DNA of 64,000 nucleotides from an uncultured Candidatus Saccharibacteria bacterium (GCA_964433905.1 CAYSSM010000001.1:60246-124245); one strand, 5' to 3'. Counted from the stretch's first letter, positions 52,269 to 63,905 are shown. Notes: a model not told the origin generated them from the sequence alone. A program made the numbers and translations.

Positions 52269-52304
52269 AAAAAAAATGCGCCCGGGACAAAATGTCCCGG
52301 GCGC
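52269..52304 (-). terminator. intrinsic terminator of the GC-rich secreted gene
   Basis: GCGCCCGGGACA/TGTCCCGGGCGC 12-bp stem followed by T-run on minus strand. Confidence 0.85.
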
Positions 52305-52331
52305 TTAAAGTTCGTCACCGTCTTGCGGTCA

Positions 52332-54110
52332 CTACGGGTAAATGACCGTTCCCGGATCAGGCAAGATGAACGGAACAGCGTCGTTATTGTTGAGTAAGTC
52401 GAGCTGACCCGCCATCGCCGTTCGTTGGGAATCGCTCCCACTCTGCCAGACCTGAATTGCCTGGGTAACCAACGTCTGCGTTGACACCCAAGAACCATTC
52501 AACCAGATCGCAGCTCCTACACCACCCAGCCGATGCCGACAGTTCATAATGAAAGCATCGAGCTGTTGAGCCAGTTGTTCACGCGGATCGCCGCCGGCGT
52601 TGGAATCAACAAGGAAATGGCTTTGCTCGGCCAAGGCCGAACCGGCAGGAGCGATGGTCTCTCCCCAGTCGCCGTTGGCAGCAGCAACGGGGGTTCCGTT
52701 AGCAAAAAAACCGTCAATCGGCTCGTCGCCGGCGCCAAAGTAACTGGACGGCGCTTGCCACGGAGCCAGACTGTTAAGGTATGCAATGTCAGACGGAGTA
52801 GTTTCACCCAACCCGTTCTTGTTATGCCAATACCCCTTGGTATCAAAATCAGCCTGGCCTTGGCGAATGTTGCCGAACTCCACTCGAGCCGAATCACCTG
52901 AAGCCAGTTGAATCTGCCTTGTCATGGGAGTAGTGTTCACCCACCCACCAGAAAGAGGCATCCGTTCGGTGATATCGTACAAACCCGGCATGATCCAGAA
53001 GGTGTCACAACCGTTAGACTTGGTTATGGAAACGCTGTCCCATACCCACCCTGCCACGGTTGTGCCATGCTCGTAGATCCACCAGCCGGGAATACCAGGC
53101 TCGCCTGCGTCCCAGATACCGTCGCCATCGAGGTCGTAGAACTTACAGACCGTTAGACGGGCCAACTGGATGTTGCCGAAGATAACTTCATGAGTTTCCC
53201 GGGAAGTCCCGGCAACCAAGAAATAGGCCGCAGGATAGTCGCGGATGCGGACGCCGTCGAGGTAGGTGCAGGTGTACATCCACCCTTCGCGCTGTTCCTC
53301 AACGAAGTTCCAAAATCCAGCCGGTTCAGTGGTGATCTGGATGGGCGTATAGTAAGTGTTGGTAACACCGAGGGGATCGATTGCATCAACCCGCCAACCA
53401 GTGATTTCCAACTCGCCTGCATCCCAGATACCGTTACCGTTAGCATCGTTGAACTTCTTAACAGTCACGACCGGCGGCGTATATGGAGGACCATTACGAC
53501 GCACCTTAAAGTTGTCGGTCTTGCTGTCCGGTGGCCTGAAACCGTGATAATTCCCCGGGCTGTAGCCGTTGTCAACGAGGTTGGGATCGCCGATGAAGTT
53601 TTCGCACGGAGTTATCCATACCTTGTAGACACCACCCTTATTGGGTGTGTCAAGGTAGGGCATCAACTGAACAGTGATCGCGCCCAGTTCAGGGTGATCG
53701 ATATCGATGCCCGTCTTGTGAGTGCAGTCGACTTCCACCCAGACACCCCTGACCTTCGTCAGCTTGGTGCACGGGTAGACATAGTCGATGACCCCAAGAG
53801 CACTGACGTGGACCTTGCGGCACTTAACCGCGTCTGTCGAGAGAAGAACCTTCCCTGACGGGTCAGTGACCTGAAAGTAGTAATCGCCCTCGTTAAGCCC
53901 CGCCGCGCCCGCAGGCGCGTTGGACCCAGGCCCGCCATCGAGATAGACATCCTCTTTGGCCGCGAAGATGTTAGCGTTGACTCGCGAACCGTCAGCCGTG
54001 GTCGTAAAAATCGCCCCCGGCATCGGCCCGGCCAAAGCCTGAGTGCTGGCCAGTGCCAACACCCCCAAAGTAGCCAGCACAACCATAATCAGCACAACCC
54101 TTCGTCCCAT
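52332..54110 (-). CDS. GC-rich secreted protein with two SdrD-B/Cna-B-like repeats
   Basis: signal peptide ending ALA; KFNDANGNGIWDAGE and KFYDLDGDGIWDAGEPGIPGW repeats each ending in FGN. Confidence 0.8.
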   Translation of the reverse strand: MGRRVVLIMVVLATLGVLALASTQALAGPMPGAIFTTTADGSRVNANIFAAKEDVYLDGGPGSNAPAGAAGLNEGDYYFQVTDPSGKVLLSTDAVKCRKVHVSALGVIDYVYPCTKLTKVRGVWVEVDCTHKTGIDIDHPELGAITVQLMPYLDTPNKGGVYKVWITPCENFIGDPNLVDNGYSPGNYHGFRPPDSKTDNFKVRRNGPPYTPPVVTVKKFNDANGNGIWDAGELEITGWRVDAIDPLGVTNTYYTPIQITTEPAGFWNFVEEQREGWMYTCTYLDGVRIRDYPAAYFLVAGTSRETHEVIFGNIQLARLTVCKFYDLDGDGIWDAGEPGIPGWWIYEHGTTVAGWVWDSVSITKSNGCDTFWIMPGLYDITERMPLSGGWVNTTPMTRQIQLASGDSARVEFGNIRQGQADFDTKGYWHNKNGLGETTPSDIAYLNSLAPWQAPSSYFGAGDEPIDGFFANGTPVAAANGDWGETIAPAGSALAEQSHFLVDSNAGGDPREQLAQQLDAFIMNCRHRLGGVGAAIWLNGSWVSTQTLVTQAIQVWQSGSDSQRTAMAGQLDLLNNNDAVPFILPDPGTVIYP

Positions 54111-54199
54111 ACCTTAGCCTCCCCAGTATTTGCCCTTGCGGGCTAGTAGTCGAACTCCGTCTTTAAAAAGCCAGAGCCGCCTGCAGACCCGCAAGGTAT

Positions 54200-54251
54200 T
54201 TTTCAAAGATCAAATTAGAACTAATATAGCACATTTAACCATAAAAGTCAA
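54200..54251 (-). promoter_or_regulatory. sigma70 promoter followed by boxA-like motif
   Basis: TTGACT-17 nt-TATATT (TGn extended), then GATCTTTGAAAA at 54211-54200. Confidence 0.6.
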
Positions 54252-54307
54252 TATTTTGTACATGTACTGCATATGTGAGCGTAAAAAGCTAAACTAAAAT
54301 TACAATA

Positions 54308-55276
<969 letters not shown>

Positions 55277-55318
55277 TTACTATATCATACTTTTATTAAT
55301 TTACAAACCACTCATTGA

Positions 55319-56311
55319 TTACAAATAATCCAATGGGTTGAGTACTCGACCATTTTTAGTGATTTTGAAATGAACATGCACACCTGTCGACCAGCCGGTA
55401 TTGCCCATAACACCGATAACCTGACCTTGATTGACCCATTGGCCGGCAGAAACTGCAAAAGTTGACATATGCCCATAAAGCGTTTGCCAGCCGTCGCCGT
55501 GATCAATCACGATAAAATTGCCGTAACCACCACCCCAACCACGGGTGGCGCGGACAACTCTTCCTGAGGCTGAAGCAAAAAGGGTTGTTCCCGAACGCGA
55601 AGTTAAATCAACTCCATCATGAAAAGCCTCAAATGAAGTTCGACCAAACCCTTGAGACATATCCCAACCGGATGTAGGTCGCCTGAAAGTCCCCGAAAAA
55701 GGAATTTTAGTTGAGGCTCCGGCAACTTTTTTCTTCTGTAAATTTTGTAACTGGGTCGGCGCCAAATCCTGCGGTGGAATTTTTAATTGCTGACCGGGCT
55801 TAATCATATCTGACGACAAGCTGTTTGCAGTCTTAATAGTCGAAACTTTCAATCCATATTTCCAAGCAATGCTGGCGATGGTATCGCCGCCTTCAACCGT
55901 ATAAACGATTGTTTTTGTCCTTTTTTCATCTTTTTTCGATTCTTCAGTTACTTGAGTCGTGGTAAGTTCCGGCTTTGAAAGAAAATCTTGATCTTCCATC
56001 GCCAGAGCTACCGATAAAGGATCTTCCTCAATTTTAGTGGTAAAAGGTCCAACTTGAGAAACTACATCGGCAACTTCCGCCGGCGAAAGATCCATAATTT
56101 CTTCCGAAGGCTGAAAGTAATAAGAATTTTCTTGGGCTTTTGCCACATCAGCCACCACCGTAAAAAAAGCTATTATCATTATTGATAAATAGGGTAAAAT
56201 CCTTTTTTGATTAAAATCAATTAATCCCTCCGGTATGCGGTTGCGGATACGTTTTGACAGGATATCTTTTCTGAGGACAATTCTCTCTAAGATTTTTTTA
56301 AAAATATTCAT
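55319..56311 (-). CDS. LysM-domain M23 family peptidase
   Basis: YTVEGGDTIASIA LysM; HDGVD, YGH and STGVHVHF M23 motifs. Confidence 0.93.
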   Translation of the reverse strand: MNIFKKILERIVLRKDILSKRIRNRIPEGLIDFNQKRILPYLSIMIIAFFTVVADVAKAQENSYYFQPSEEIMDLSPAEVADVVSQVGPFTTKIEEDPLSVALAMEDQDFLSKPELTTTQVTEESKKDEKRTKTIVYTVEGGDTIASIAWKYGLKVSTIKTANSLSSDMIKPGQQLKIPPQDLAPTQLQNLQKKKVAGASTKIPFSGTFRRPTSGWDMSQGFGRTSFEAFHDGVDLTSRSGTTLFASASGRVVRATRGWGGGYGNFIVIDHGDGWQTLYGHMSTFAVSAGQWVNQGQVIGVMGNTGWSTGVHVHFKITKNGRVLNPLDYL

Positions 56312-56368
56312 ATGTATAAGGGAAAGCCTACAATATCCAGTTTAACTTAACACGCAAGAATGTCAAAT

Positions 56369-56436
56369 ATAAACTACTCTGCGGCTTGCCGCAGAGTATC
56401 CTGCGGAAAGTTTGTTTCCAAACAGGTTGAAAATAA
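56369..56436 (+). mobile_element. family C element, short copy lacking second hairpin
   Basis: ATAAACTACTCTGCGGCTTGCCGCAGAGTATCC...AAAGTTTGTTTCCAAACAGGTTGAAAATAA. Confidence 0.8.
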
Positions 56437-56440
56437 AAAC

Positions 56441-58369
56441 TTATTCCCCCAATTTTCGAGTTCGTTCTTCTTTTTTATAACATTCCAATGAGTCCCCCAC
56501 TAAAATTTTGGTTGGAGATTCTACTTTAAGACCGCATTCAAAACCCTCCGCCACTTCGGAAGTGTCTTTTTTATTTTGTTGTAAAGAGGTAATCTCGCCC
56601 ATACCAATAGTATCTTTATCACGAACAATCCTGACTTGGCAATGATCTTCTAATTTTCCTTTTGTTACCCTTCCACCAATAATTTTTTCATTTTTAGATG
56701 TCTTAAAAACAGCTAAGATTGATAGCCGACCGATTTCAGTTTCAATGATTTCCGGCTCAAGTAATCCTGATAGAGCGGCGGTTAAATCATCCAATAATTG
56801 GTAAATAATATCGTAGATAGAAATTTTAATATTTTCGCGGCGAGCCAAATTCATAACATCGGTTGACGCTTTAACGCGAAAGCCAATCACCAAAGCATGG
56901 GAGGCAACCGCCATATTGATATCTGACTCGGAAATATCTCCAACTCCCTCGTGAATAATTTTTATTTTAACTTCTTTATCTTCCAAATTCTTAAGTGAAC
57001 TCTTAATCGCTTCAAGCGAGCCGGCAACATCAGACTTAAGGACAATTTTGAGTTCTTTTATTTTTCCCGCTTTGATATCTTGCGAAAGTTCGGTGATGGA
57101 AATAACTCTGCGTTTAATTGTTTTTGTTTTAGTTAATTCTTTGGCAGTCTTTTCATTTTCAACAACCAAGAATCTGTTGCCAAAATCCGGTAGGTCCTGC
57201 AAACCGGCGATTCTAACCGGAACCGAAGGAGCAGCTTCTTTTATTTTCTTGCCCAAATAATTTTCCATAATCCTAACTTTGCCATAAGTATCACCGATAA
57301 CAATAGGGTCACCGATTTTTAGAGTTCCCTCTTGAACTAAAACCGTAGCAATGGGACCCATACCAGATTGCATATGCGACTCAATCACCACGCCAGTTGC
57401 AGAAAGCGTTGGATCAGCTTTAAGCTCTTTAAGGTCGGCAACCAGTAAAATCATTTCCAACAAACTATCGATATTTTTTGTTTCCTTGGCTGAAACATTG
57501 ATCATAGGCACATCACCGCCCCACTGCTCCGACAAAAGACCGTTGTCGGCTAATTGTCTCTTGGTTTTATCAATATCGGCATCGGGCAAGTCAACTTTAT
57601 TAATAGCCACGACAATTGGCACACCCGCTTCCTTGGCATGGTTTATAGCCTCAATCGTTTGCGGTTTTACGCCATCGTTTGCCGCTACCACCAAAACAAC
57701 CACATCGGTAATATTAGCCCCGTGAGCTCGCATGGCCGAAAAGGCCTCGTGTCCGGGAGTGTCCAAAAAAGTGATTTTGCGTGATTTAGACGCAAAATCA
57801 TCCTGAGTTTTACGAAGGATCTCTCGATTAGATTTGCTTCCTTGAGATGATGTTTCGTCTTTTGGACGAATTGTGACTTGATAAGCGCCGATATGCTGAG
57901 TGATGCCGCCTGCTTCGGTGGCAATAACATCCGTGTGGCGGATGGCGTCAAGCAATTTGGTTTTACCATGGTCAACATGGCCCATAACCGTAACTACCGG
58001 AGATCGCAGTTTTAGATTCTTTTTAACTTGTTTTAGAGATGCAACTATTTTCTCTTCTTCCTTCAACTTTACCTCAACGGCAAACTCATCAGCAATAATA
58101 GCCATTGTGTCAAAATCAATGAGTTCATTAATCGTCGCCATGACACCGTTTTTGACAAGTTTGGAAATTATTTCCGTAACGGACAAATTCAAAATATCCG
58201 CAAATTCCCGCACCGTTAAAACAGGCGAAATTAAAACAATTCTTTTTTCGGTTTTTTCTTTTTCGACTTTTGCCTCTTTAACCGCTTTGTTTTCTTCCAC
58301 TTGCGTTAAGCGCTTGCCTTCGGCTTTAGCTTCTTTTTTGCTTAATTTTCTTTGCTTTCTTTTTGCCAT
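56441..58369 (-). CDS. infB: translation initiation factor IF-2 with ~28-aa insertion in G domain
   Basis: [40 protein letters not shown]. Confidence 0.98.
   Translation of the reverse strand: MAKRKQRKLSKKEAKAEGKRLTQVEENKAVKEAKVEKEKTEKRIVLISPVLTVREFADILNLSVTEIISKLVKNGVMATINELIDFDTMAIIADEFAVEVKLKEEEKIVASLKQVKKNLKLRSPVVTVMGHVDHGKTKLLDAIRHTDVIATEAGGITQHIGAYQVTIRPKDETSSQGSKSNREILRKTQDDFASKSRKITFLDTPGHEAFSAMRAHGANITDVVVLVVAANDGVKPQTIEAINHAKEAGVPIVVAINKVDLPDADIDKTKRQLADNGLLSEQWGGDVPMINVSAKETKNIDSLLEMILLVADLKELKADPTLSATGVVIESHMQSGMGPIATVLVQEGTLKIGDPIVIGDTYGKVRIMENYLGKKIKEAAPSVPVRIAGLQDLPDFGNRFLVVENEKTAKELTKTKTIKRRVISITELSQDIKAGKIKELKIVLKSDVAGSLEAIKSSLKNLEDKEVKIKIIHEGVGDISESDINMAVASHALVIGFRVKASTDVMNLARRENIKISIYDIIYQLLDDLTAALSGLLEPEIIETEIGRLSILAVFKTSKNEKIIGGRVTKGKLEDHCQVRIVRDKDTIGMGEITSLQQNKKDTSEVAEGFECGLKVESPTKILVGDSLECYKKEERTRKLGE
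57797..57877. repeat. degenerate palindromic element inserted in frame in infB
   Basis: TCATCCTGAGTTTTACGAAGGATCTCTCG ... GAGATGATGTTTCGTCTTTTGGACGAA coincides with the extra peptide. Confidence 0.55.
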
Positions 58370-58415
58370 TGTAAATTGATTTTATCACTTTCAGGAGTAA
58401 AAGGCAAGGTTAAGC

Positions 58416-58444
58416 TTGACTTTTGAGTAATTTTATGGTATAAT
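58416..58444 (+). promoter_or_regulatory. sigma70 promoter with extended -10
   Basis: TTGACT-17 nt-TATAAT with TGn. Confidence 0.75.
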
Positions 58445-58494
58445 GCGAATTAGAATGCTGTGGAATATGCCAATCTCACCGAAAGGAGACCAAG

Positions 58495-58773
58495 TTGGCA
58501 CAACCAGAAATCGTTGATCACCTCGTACGAAAACACTGCCTAAGCATGAAACAGAACGTCCAGTTGCTCCTGTTGATCATTGAGGCTGCGGCAGCAACCA
58601 GCACCATCCCAGTTACAGAGTATGATGAAGAACCGGATAGTTACTACACGCCAAGTGGCGCAAGTCGTTCCGACTTTGAGATGAGACTGAAGAAGAGCAT
58701 GGAAACCGTCGACCGCCCGGTCATCCTCGCCTTCAAGGAATATCTGGAGGCCCAGACCGCCGCCCTAAAGTAG
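58495..58773 (+). CDS. orphan hypothetical protein (GC-richer than neighbours)
   Basis: AAGGAG SD, TTG start, own promoter and terminator. Confidence 0.65.
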   Translation: MAQPEIVDHLVRKHCLSMKQNVQLLLLIIEAAAATSTIPVTEYDEEPDSYYTPSGASRSDFEMRLKKSMETVDRPVILAFKEYLEAQTAALK

Positions 58774-58794
58774 GGCTACAAGAACACACCACAC

Positions 58795-58823
58795 AAGAGG
58801 CTCTGCGGATCGCAGAGCCTCTT
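58795..58823. terminator. hairpin terminator between convergent orphan gene and gyrA
   Basis: AAGAGGCTCTGCG-gat-CGCAGAGCCTCTT 13-bp stem. Confidence 0.75.
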
Positions 58824-58839
58824 CCTATATATACTGTTT

Positions 58840-61761
58840 TTATAGCTTTCCACCCCAATAATTGGCTTCGGATGGTTTTTCTTTTTCTTCAAAAAGATTG
58901 GTTTGAGTATCTTTATTAATTTTTTTTGGCGATTTTAATTTAGCTGATTTTAGCGCTGTACCATCATGAACAGCCGCCCATTCGGGAAGACCGCCTTCTT
59001 TTGTATCAGCTTTTTGATTATCTTTTTCTTCTTCTTTTTTAGGTTTCGAAACTGCTGGCTCTTCTTCTTCTTCTTCTGCTGCTACTGCTACCTCTTCGGT
59101 TTCCTCTGCTGTTGCTTGTGATATTTTAAGTTCTTCTTCCGCTTCAACTACATCAATTTGCTGTTCAGGCAATTCTTTGTCAATTTCAATTAATTTATTG
59201 GTTTTATCTTTGCTAATTATCGTAACCGAAGTAACTTTATCACCCTGATTGAATCGAATTAAAGTTACTCCTTGAGTGTCGCGCTGTAATTTTTTGACTG
59301 TCGCAAGCGCCATTCTGATAACTTGGCCTTTGCGCGACGCCAAAATCAAATCGTAGTTATCATCGGAAACCAGCCTCATGCCAACAATCGGTCCGGTTCT
59401 TTCGGTTACATTAGCCGCCCGCAAACCCATGCCGCCACGAAGTTGCATATTAAACATCGTTAAAGGCGTTCTCTTACCAAATCCTTTTTCCAAAACAATC
59501 AGGGCATCAACCTTACTTTCGGCTCCGGCAGGAATAACATCGGTTGAGACAACATAATCATCACCCTTGAGCAAAATCCCCCGCACTCCGGCAGCGGTTC
59601 TGCCCATCGGACGAATGTCGGTTTCTTTGTAAAAAATAGATTGGCCTTTGGCAGAAACCTGAAAAACATTCTCATCACCGGTGGTTACTTTTACCCAACG
59701 AAGGCGATCTTCCGGACGAAGTTTAATGGCCAAAATTCCGGTTTTTCTAACCTTGCTGTATAGCTTCATGCTCGTTTTTTTAACAAGGCCTTTGCTTGTT
59801 GCCAATAAAATATATTTATATTTTTCGATATCACTCGATGACAGCGTAATCATGGCCGTTACTTTTTCTTCGGGCGAAATTTGTAGAATATTAACGATCG
59901 CCTGGCCTTTGGCAATCCGCGAAGCCGTAGGTATTTCATAGACCTTAGTATGGAAGATTCTACCACGATCGGTAAAGAAATAGACATCATCATGAGTATT
60001 AGACACCAGCAAATGTTCAATCATGTCTTCTTCTTTAGTTTCCATCCCAATCACGCCCTTGCCGCCTCGAATCTGGCTGCGGTAAGACGATACCGGCATC
60101 CTTTTTATATAGTTGCCGCGAGTAAATATGATAATCACTTGTTCTGACGGAATTAAATCCTCGGCGCTAAATCTGCCCAGTTCTTGCGGGTGGATTTTGG
60201 TCTTTCTGGGAGTAGCGTATTTTTCTTGAAGTTCTTTAAGCTCTTTTTTAATGATACTTAGAATCTTTTCTTCTGATGCCAAGACAGCTTCCAGCTCAGC
60301 GATTAATTTTAATTTTTCTTTGTATTCCGTTTCTACTTTTTCCCGTTCCAAGGCGGCAAGAGCGGCAAGGCGCATTTCCAAGATAGCATTTGCTTGAATA
60401 TCAGTCAGTTTAAATTTAATTTTTAGCTGCTTAAAAGCCACTTCGCGATTGGCCGATTTTCTAATTGTCGCCACCACTTCATCGATGTTTTTTAAAGCAA
60501 TCCGCAAGCCCTCTAAAATATGAGCACGTTCTTTGGCTTTCTTTAGTTCGAAAGCAGTGCGACGGCGGACAACTGCTTTACGATGCTTAATATATTCTTC
60601 TAAAATATTTTTGAGCGTTAACACTCGCGGCTGAAGGCCGTCGATTAGCGCCAGCATATTGGTATAAAAAGTCGTCTGCATCAATGTCAGTTCATAAAGA
60701 CGATTTAATATTTTTTTCGGATAAGCGTTGGCCTTAAGTTCAATGACGATTCTGACACCGTCTTTTCGATCTGACTCGTCTCGAAGATCGGAAATTCCTT
60801 CCAATTTCTTTTCTTTAACTAAATCGGCAATTTTGGTAATCAATTCGGCTTTATTGACCTGATACGGTATCTCGGAAACAATAATCCTAAAACCGCGTTT
60901 ATTTTCTTCAATATTGGCCACCGCCCGCATTATAATCGCTCCCTTGCCTGTAGCATAAGCGGCCTTTATTTGTTCCACCCCAAAAATTTCCGCTCCGGTT
61001 GGAAAATCGGGTCCTTGAATATATTGCATCATATCTTCGATAGTACAGTCGGGATTTTCAATTAAATGAATAACCGCGTCGCAAATTTCACCTAAATTAT
61101 GAGGCGGAATATTGGTTGCCATGCCTACGGCAATACCCATCGAACCGTTAATTAACAAATTAGGAAGCTTGGCCGGCATCACTTTTGGTTCTTGCCTGGA
61201 AGCATCATAGTTGGCCACAAAATCAACCGTTTCCTTGTCAATATCAGCGAGCATTTCGCTAGCGGCGGAAGTCAAACGACATTCGGTATAACGCATGGCG
61301 GCGGCGGCATCGCCATCCATTGAACCAAAGTTACCTTGACCGTCAACAAGCGGAAGTCTCATGGAAAAGCTTTGCGCCAATCTTACTAAAGTATCATAAA
61401 CAGCAATATCGCCATGCGGATGATATTTCCCCAAAACATCACCAACAACGGTGGCTGACTTGCGATATTTTGCTTGAGGAGTTAGCCCCAATTCCGACAT
61501 TGAAAATAATACGCGGCGATGAACCGGTTTTAGGCCATCGCGAACATCAGGCAAAGCACGGGCGATGATGACCGACATGGCGTAGGCTAAATACGACTCT
61601 TGCATTTCGTTTTCTAATATTCTCGGCCGCATTATGCCAAACTCGGTTTTCACATCCTTCGTTTTATCATCCTCAAAATTACCGATCGTTTCCGACTCGG
61701 CCACTTTTTCAGGATTAAGTTTTTCTAAATCTTCTTTACTTTCTTTGTCGCTTGCTGCCAT
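58840..61761 (-). CDS. gyrA: DNA gyrase subunit A with long acidic C-terminal tail
   Basis: [30 protein letters not shown], GyrA-box QIRGGKG. Confidence 0.98.
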   Translation of the reverse strand: MAASDKESKEDLEKLNPEKVAESETIGNFEDDKTKDVKTEFGIMRPRILENEMQESYLAYAMSVIIARALPDVRDGLKPVHRRVLFSMSELGLTPQAKYRKSATVVGDVLGKYHPHGDIAVYDTLVRLAQSFSMRLPLVDGQGNFGSMDGDAAAAMRYTECRLTSAASEMLADIDKETVDFVANYDASRQEPKVMPAKLPNLLINGSMGIAVGMATNIPPHNLGEICDAVIHLIENPDCTIEDMMQYIQGPDFPTGAEIFGVEQIKAAYATGKGAIIMRAVANIEENKRGFRIIVSEIPYQVNKAELITKIADLVKEKKLEGISDLRDESDRKDGVRIVIELKANAYPKKILNRLYELTLMQTTFYTNMLALIDGLQPRVLTLKNILEEYIKHRKAVVRRRTAFELKKAKERAHILEGLRIALKNIDEVVATIRKSANREVAFKQLKIKFKLTDIQANAILEMRLAALAALEREKVETEYKEKLKLIAELEAVLASEEKILSIIKKELKELQEKYATPRKTKIHPQELGRFSAEDLIPSEQVIIIFTRGNYIKRMPVSSYRSQIRGGKGVIGMETKEEDMIEHLLVSNTHDDVYFFTDRGRIFHTKVYEIPTASRIAKGQAIVNILQISPEEKVTAMITLSSSDIEKYKYILLATSKGLVKKTSMKLYSKVRKTGILAIKLRPEDRLRWVKVTTGDENVFQVSAKGQSIFYKETDIRPMGRTAAGVRGILLKGDDYVVSTDVIPAGAESKVDALIVLEKGFGKRTPLTMFNMQLRGGMGLRAANVTERTGPIVGMRLVSDDNYDLILASRKGQVIRMALATVKKLQRDTQGVTLIRFNQGDKVTSVTIISKDKTNKLIEIDKELPEQQIDVVEAEEELKISQATAEETEEVAVAAEEEEEEPAVSKPKKEEEKDNQKADTKEGGLPEWAAVHDGTALKSAKLKSPKKINKDTQTNLFEEKEKPSEANYWGGKL

Positions 61762-61958
61762 TATTTTCCTTCATGACTATGTTTTTTGAACTCCCCTTTG
61801 GCTTTTTTTACATTCGATGGCACCGCCCTTGGTTTGCCCCGTTGCTTGCCCATTCCTACCTCAATTTCGTACCAATTTTTATGAGATTTTTCCGTTTCCA
61901 AAAATGAGTTTGGTTTTACAATTTTTCCTTTAACTTTAACTTGTTTGGAATTTTTCAT
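61761..61958 (-). CDS. small basic hypothetical protein between gyrB and gyrA
   Basis: 65 aa, Lys-rich, AAGGA SD, TAATG overlap with gyrA start. Confidence 0.55.
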   Translation of the reverse strand: MKNSKQVKVKGKIVKPNSFLETEKSHKNWYEIEVGMGKQRGKPRAVPSNVKKAKGEFKKHSHEGK

Positions 61959-61973
61959 TTTTTCCTTGCTATT

Positions 61974-63905
61974 TTATACATCCAAATTTTTAACATATTT
62001 GGCATGAGTTTGAATGAAACGCTTTCGGGGCGCAACTTCGTCACCCATCAACATTGAAAAGATTTCGTCGGCTTTTTCGGCATCGGATATTTCCACTTTA
62101 AGTAAGACCCTGTTTTCGGGATCCATAGTCGTATCCCACAGTTGCGTTGGCGTCATTTCACCCAAACCTTTGTATCTTTGAATCGAAATACTTTCACCTA
62201 ATTTTTTAATGATTTCATCTTTTTGTTCATCATTGTAGGCAAATAACTTTTCTCTGCCTTTAGTAATGGCATACAAAGGCGGTTGGGCAATATATAAATT
62301 ACCGTTTTTTATAGTATCGGGAAAATGACGATAAAAAAGCGTGAGCAGCAAGGTTCTGATGTGCGAACCATCAACATCGGCATCGGTCATAATAATAATC
62401 CGATGATAGCGCAATTTAGCCATATTAATAACTTCACCAATGCCAACTCCGATAGCGACAATTAACGATTTAATTTCCTCGGATGCAAGCATTTTGTCAA
62501 GCCGGGTTCTTTCAACATTTAAAATTTTACCGCGCAAAGGCAGGATGGCTTGAAAAGTGCGGTCGCGGCCTTGCTTGGCCGAACCTCCGGCCGAATCACC
62601 CTCGACAATATAGAGTTCGCTTTTTTTGGGATCATGAGAAGAACAATCAGCCAATTTACCTGGCAAAGTCATCCCTTCCAAAGCGCCTTTGCGGATGACA
62701 GTTTCCCGGGCTGCTTTCGCTGCCAGCCTGGCTCTTAAAGACAAGGAACATTTTTCAAGTATTTTTCGGCCATCGGCGGGATGCTCTTCCAGCCAATATC
62801 CTAATCCTTCGTAAGTGGCCTGTTCAACCAAACTTTTCATCTCCGGATTGCCAAGCCGGGCTTTTGTCTGGCCTTCAAACTGCGGATCGGGTAATTTAAC
62901 TGAAATAACCGCCGTTAACCCTTCGCGAGTATCATCGCCGGTTAGCATGGCTTCGGAATTTTTAATTATTTCATACTTTTTTGCATAATCATTTAAAGCT
63001 CTTGTCAGAGCGGTTCGAAAACCAGTTAAATGGGTACCCCCTTCTGTTGTATGAATGTTGTTGGCAAAGGCAAAAACATGCTCATTGTAATCGTCAGTAT
63101 AAGCAAGCGCCACTTCGACTCGCGTGTTTTCTGTTTGCTTTTCAAGGTACACCGGTGGATCATTGAAGGAAGTTTTATTCTTGTTGATATGGCGAACATA
63201 TGAAGAAATACCGCCCTCAAAATAAAATGTGAAACAATTTTTAAGATCCGCTTTCGATTTTTGATCAGTGTCTTTTCTTCTGTCACAAATAGTGATACTG
63301 ACGCCTTTAGTTAAATAAGCTTGTTGGCGAAGATGGTTAAGAATTGTTTCCCATGAATAATTTATGGTAGAAAATATCTCTGAGTCAGGTTCAAAACTAA
63401 TGGTGGTACCTTTTTCGTCGGTTACACCGACATTTTTAACAGACCCCTTGGCTTTACCGCGAGCATATTCCTGAACATAGTGCTTGCCGTCTCGGAAAAC
63501 CTCGGCTTGCATCCATGATGAAAGAGCGTTAACGACCGAAACACCAACTCCATGCAAACCACCGGAAACTTTGTAAGCATCACTTTGACCAAACTTTCCG
63601 CCAGCATGCAAAGTGCTTAAAACCGTTTCCAAGGCGCTTTTTTTGGTTTGAGGATGAATATCAACCGGAATCCCACGACCATTATCTTTTACTCTGATCC
63701 GGTTATCGGCCAAAAGCTCGACAATGATCTTATCACAAAAACCGGCCATTGCTTCATCGATGGCATTATCGACGACCTCCCAAATAAGATGATGGAGTCC
63801 CTCCACACCAGTGCCGCCAATGTACATTCCTGGCCTGCGGCGAACCGGCTCAAGTCCTTCTAAAACAGTAATATTCTTGGCTGTATAATCAGATTGGGCT
63901 GACAT
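61974..63905 (-). CDS. gyrB: DNA gyrase subunit B
   Basis: LEGLEPVRRRPGMYIG, LHAGGKF, VEGDSAGGSAKQGRDR, MTDADVDGSHI, QRYKGLGEM. Confidence 0.99.
   Translation of the reverse strand: MSAQSDYTAKNITVLEGLEPVRRRPGMYIGGTGVEGLHHLIWEVVDNAIDEAMAGFCDKIIVELLADNRIRVKDNGRGIPVDIHPQTKKSALETVLSTLHAGGKFGQSDAYKVSGGLHGVGVSVVNALSSWMQAEVFRDGKHYVQEYARGKAKGSVKNVGVTDEKGTTISFEPDSEIFSTINYSWETILNHLRQQAYLTKGVSITICDRRKDTDQKSKADLKNCFTFYFEGGISSYVRHINKNKTSFNDPPVYLEKQTENTRVEVALAYTDDYNEHVFAFANNIHTTEGGTHLTGFRTALTRALNDYAKKYEIIKNSEAMLTGDDTREGLTAVISVKLPDPQFEGQTKARLGNPEMKSLVEQATYEGLGYWLEEHPADGRKILEKCSLSLRARLAAKAARETVIRKGALEGMTLPGKLADCSSHDPKKSELYIVEGDSAGGSAKQGRDRTFQAILPLRGKILNVERTRLDKMLASEEIKSLIVAIGVGIGEVINMAKLRYHRIIIMTDADVDGSHIRTLLLTLFYRHFPDTIKNGNLYIAQPPLYAITKGREKLFAYNDEQKDEIIKKLGESISIQRYKGLGEMTPTQLWDTTMDPENRVLLKVEISDAEKADEIFSMLMGDEVAPRKRFIQTHAKYVKNLDV

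Noticed and set aside
52184-52498. N-terminal part of the 286-aa ORF 51638-52498
   Set aside because: Overlaps the upstream gene and its terminator; a good SD plus ATG exists at 52183
52533-54082. Multiple overlapping ORFs in other frames
   Set aside because: Shadow ORFs expected from the high GC content of the 592-aa gene
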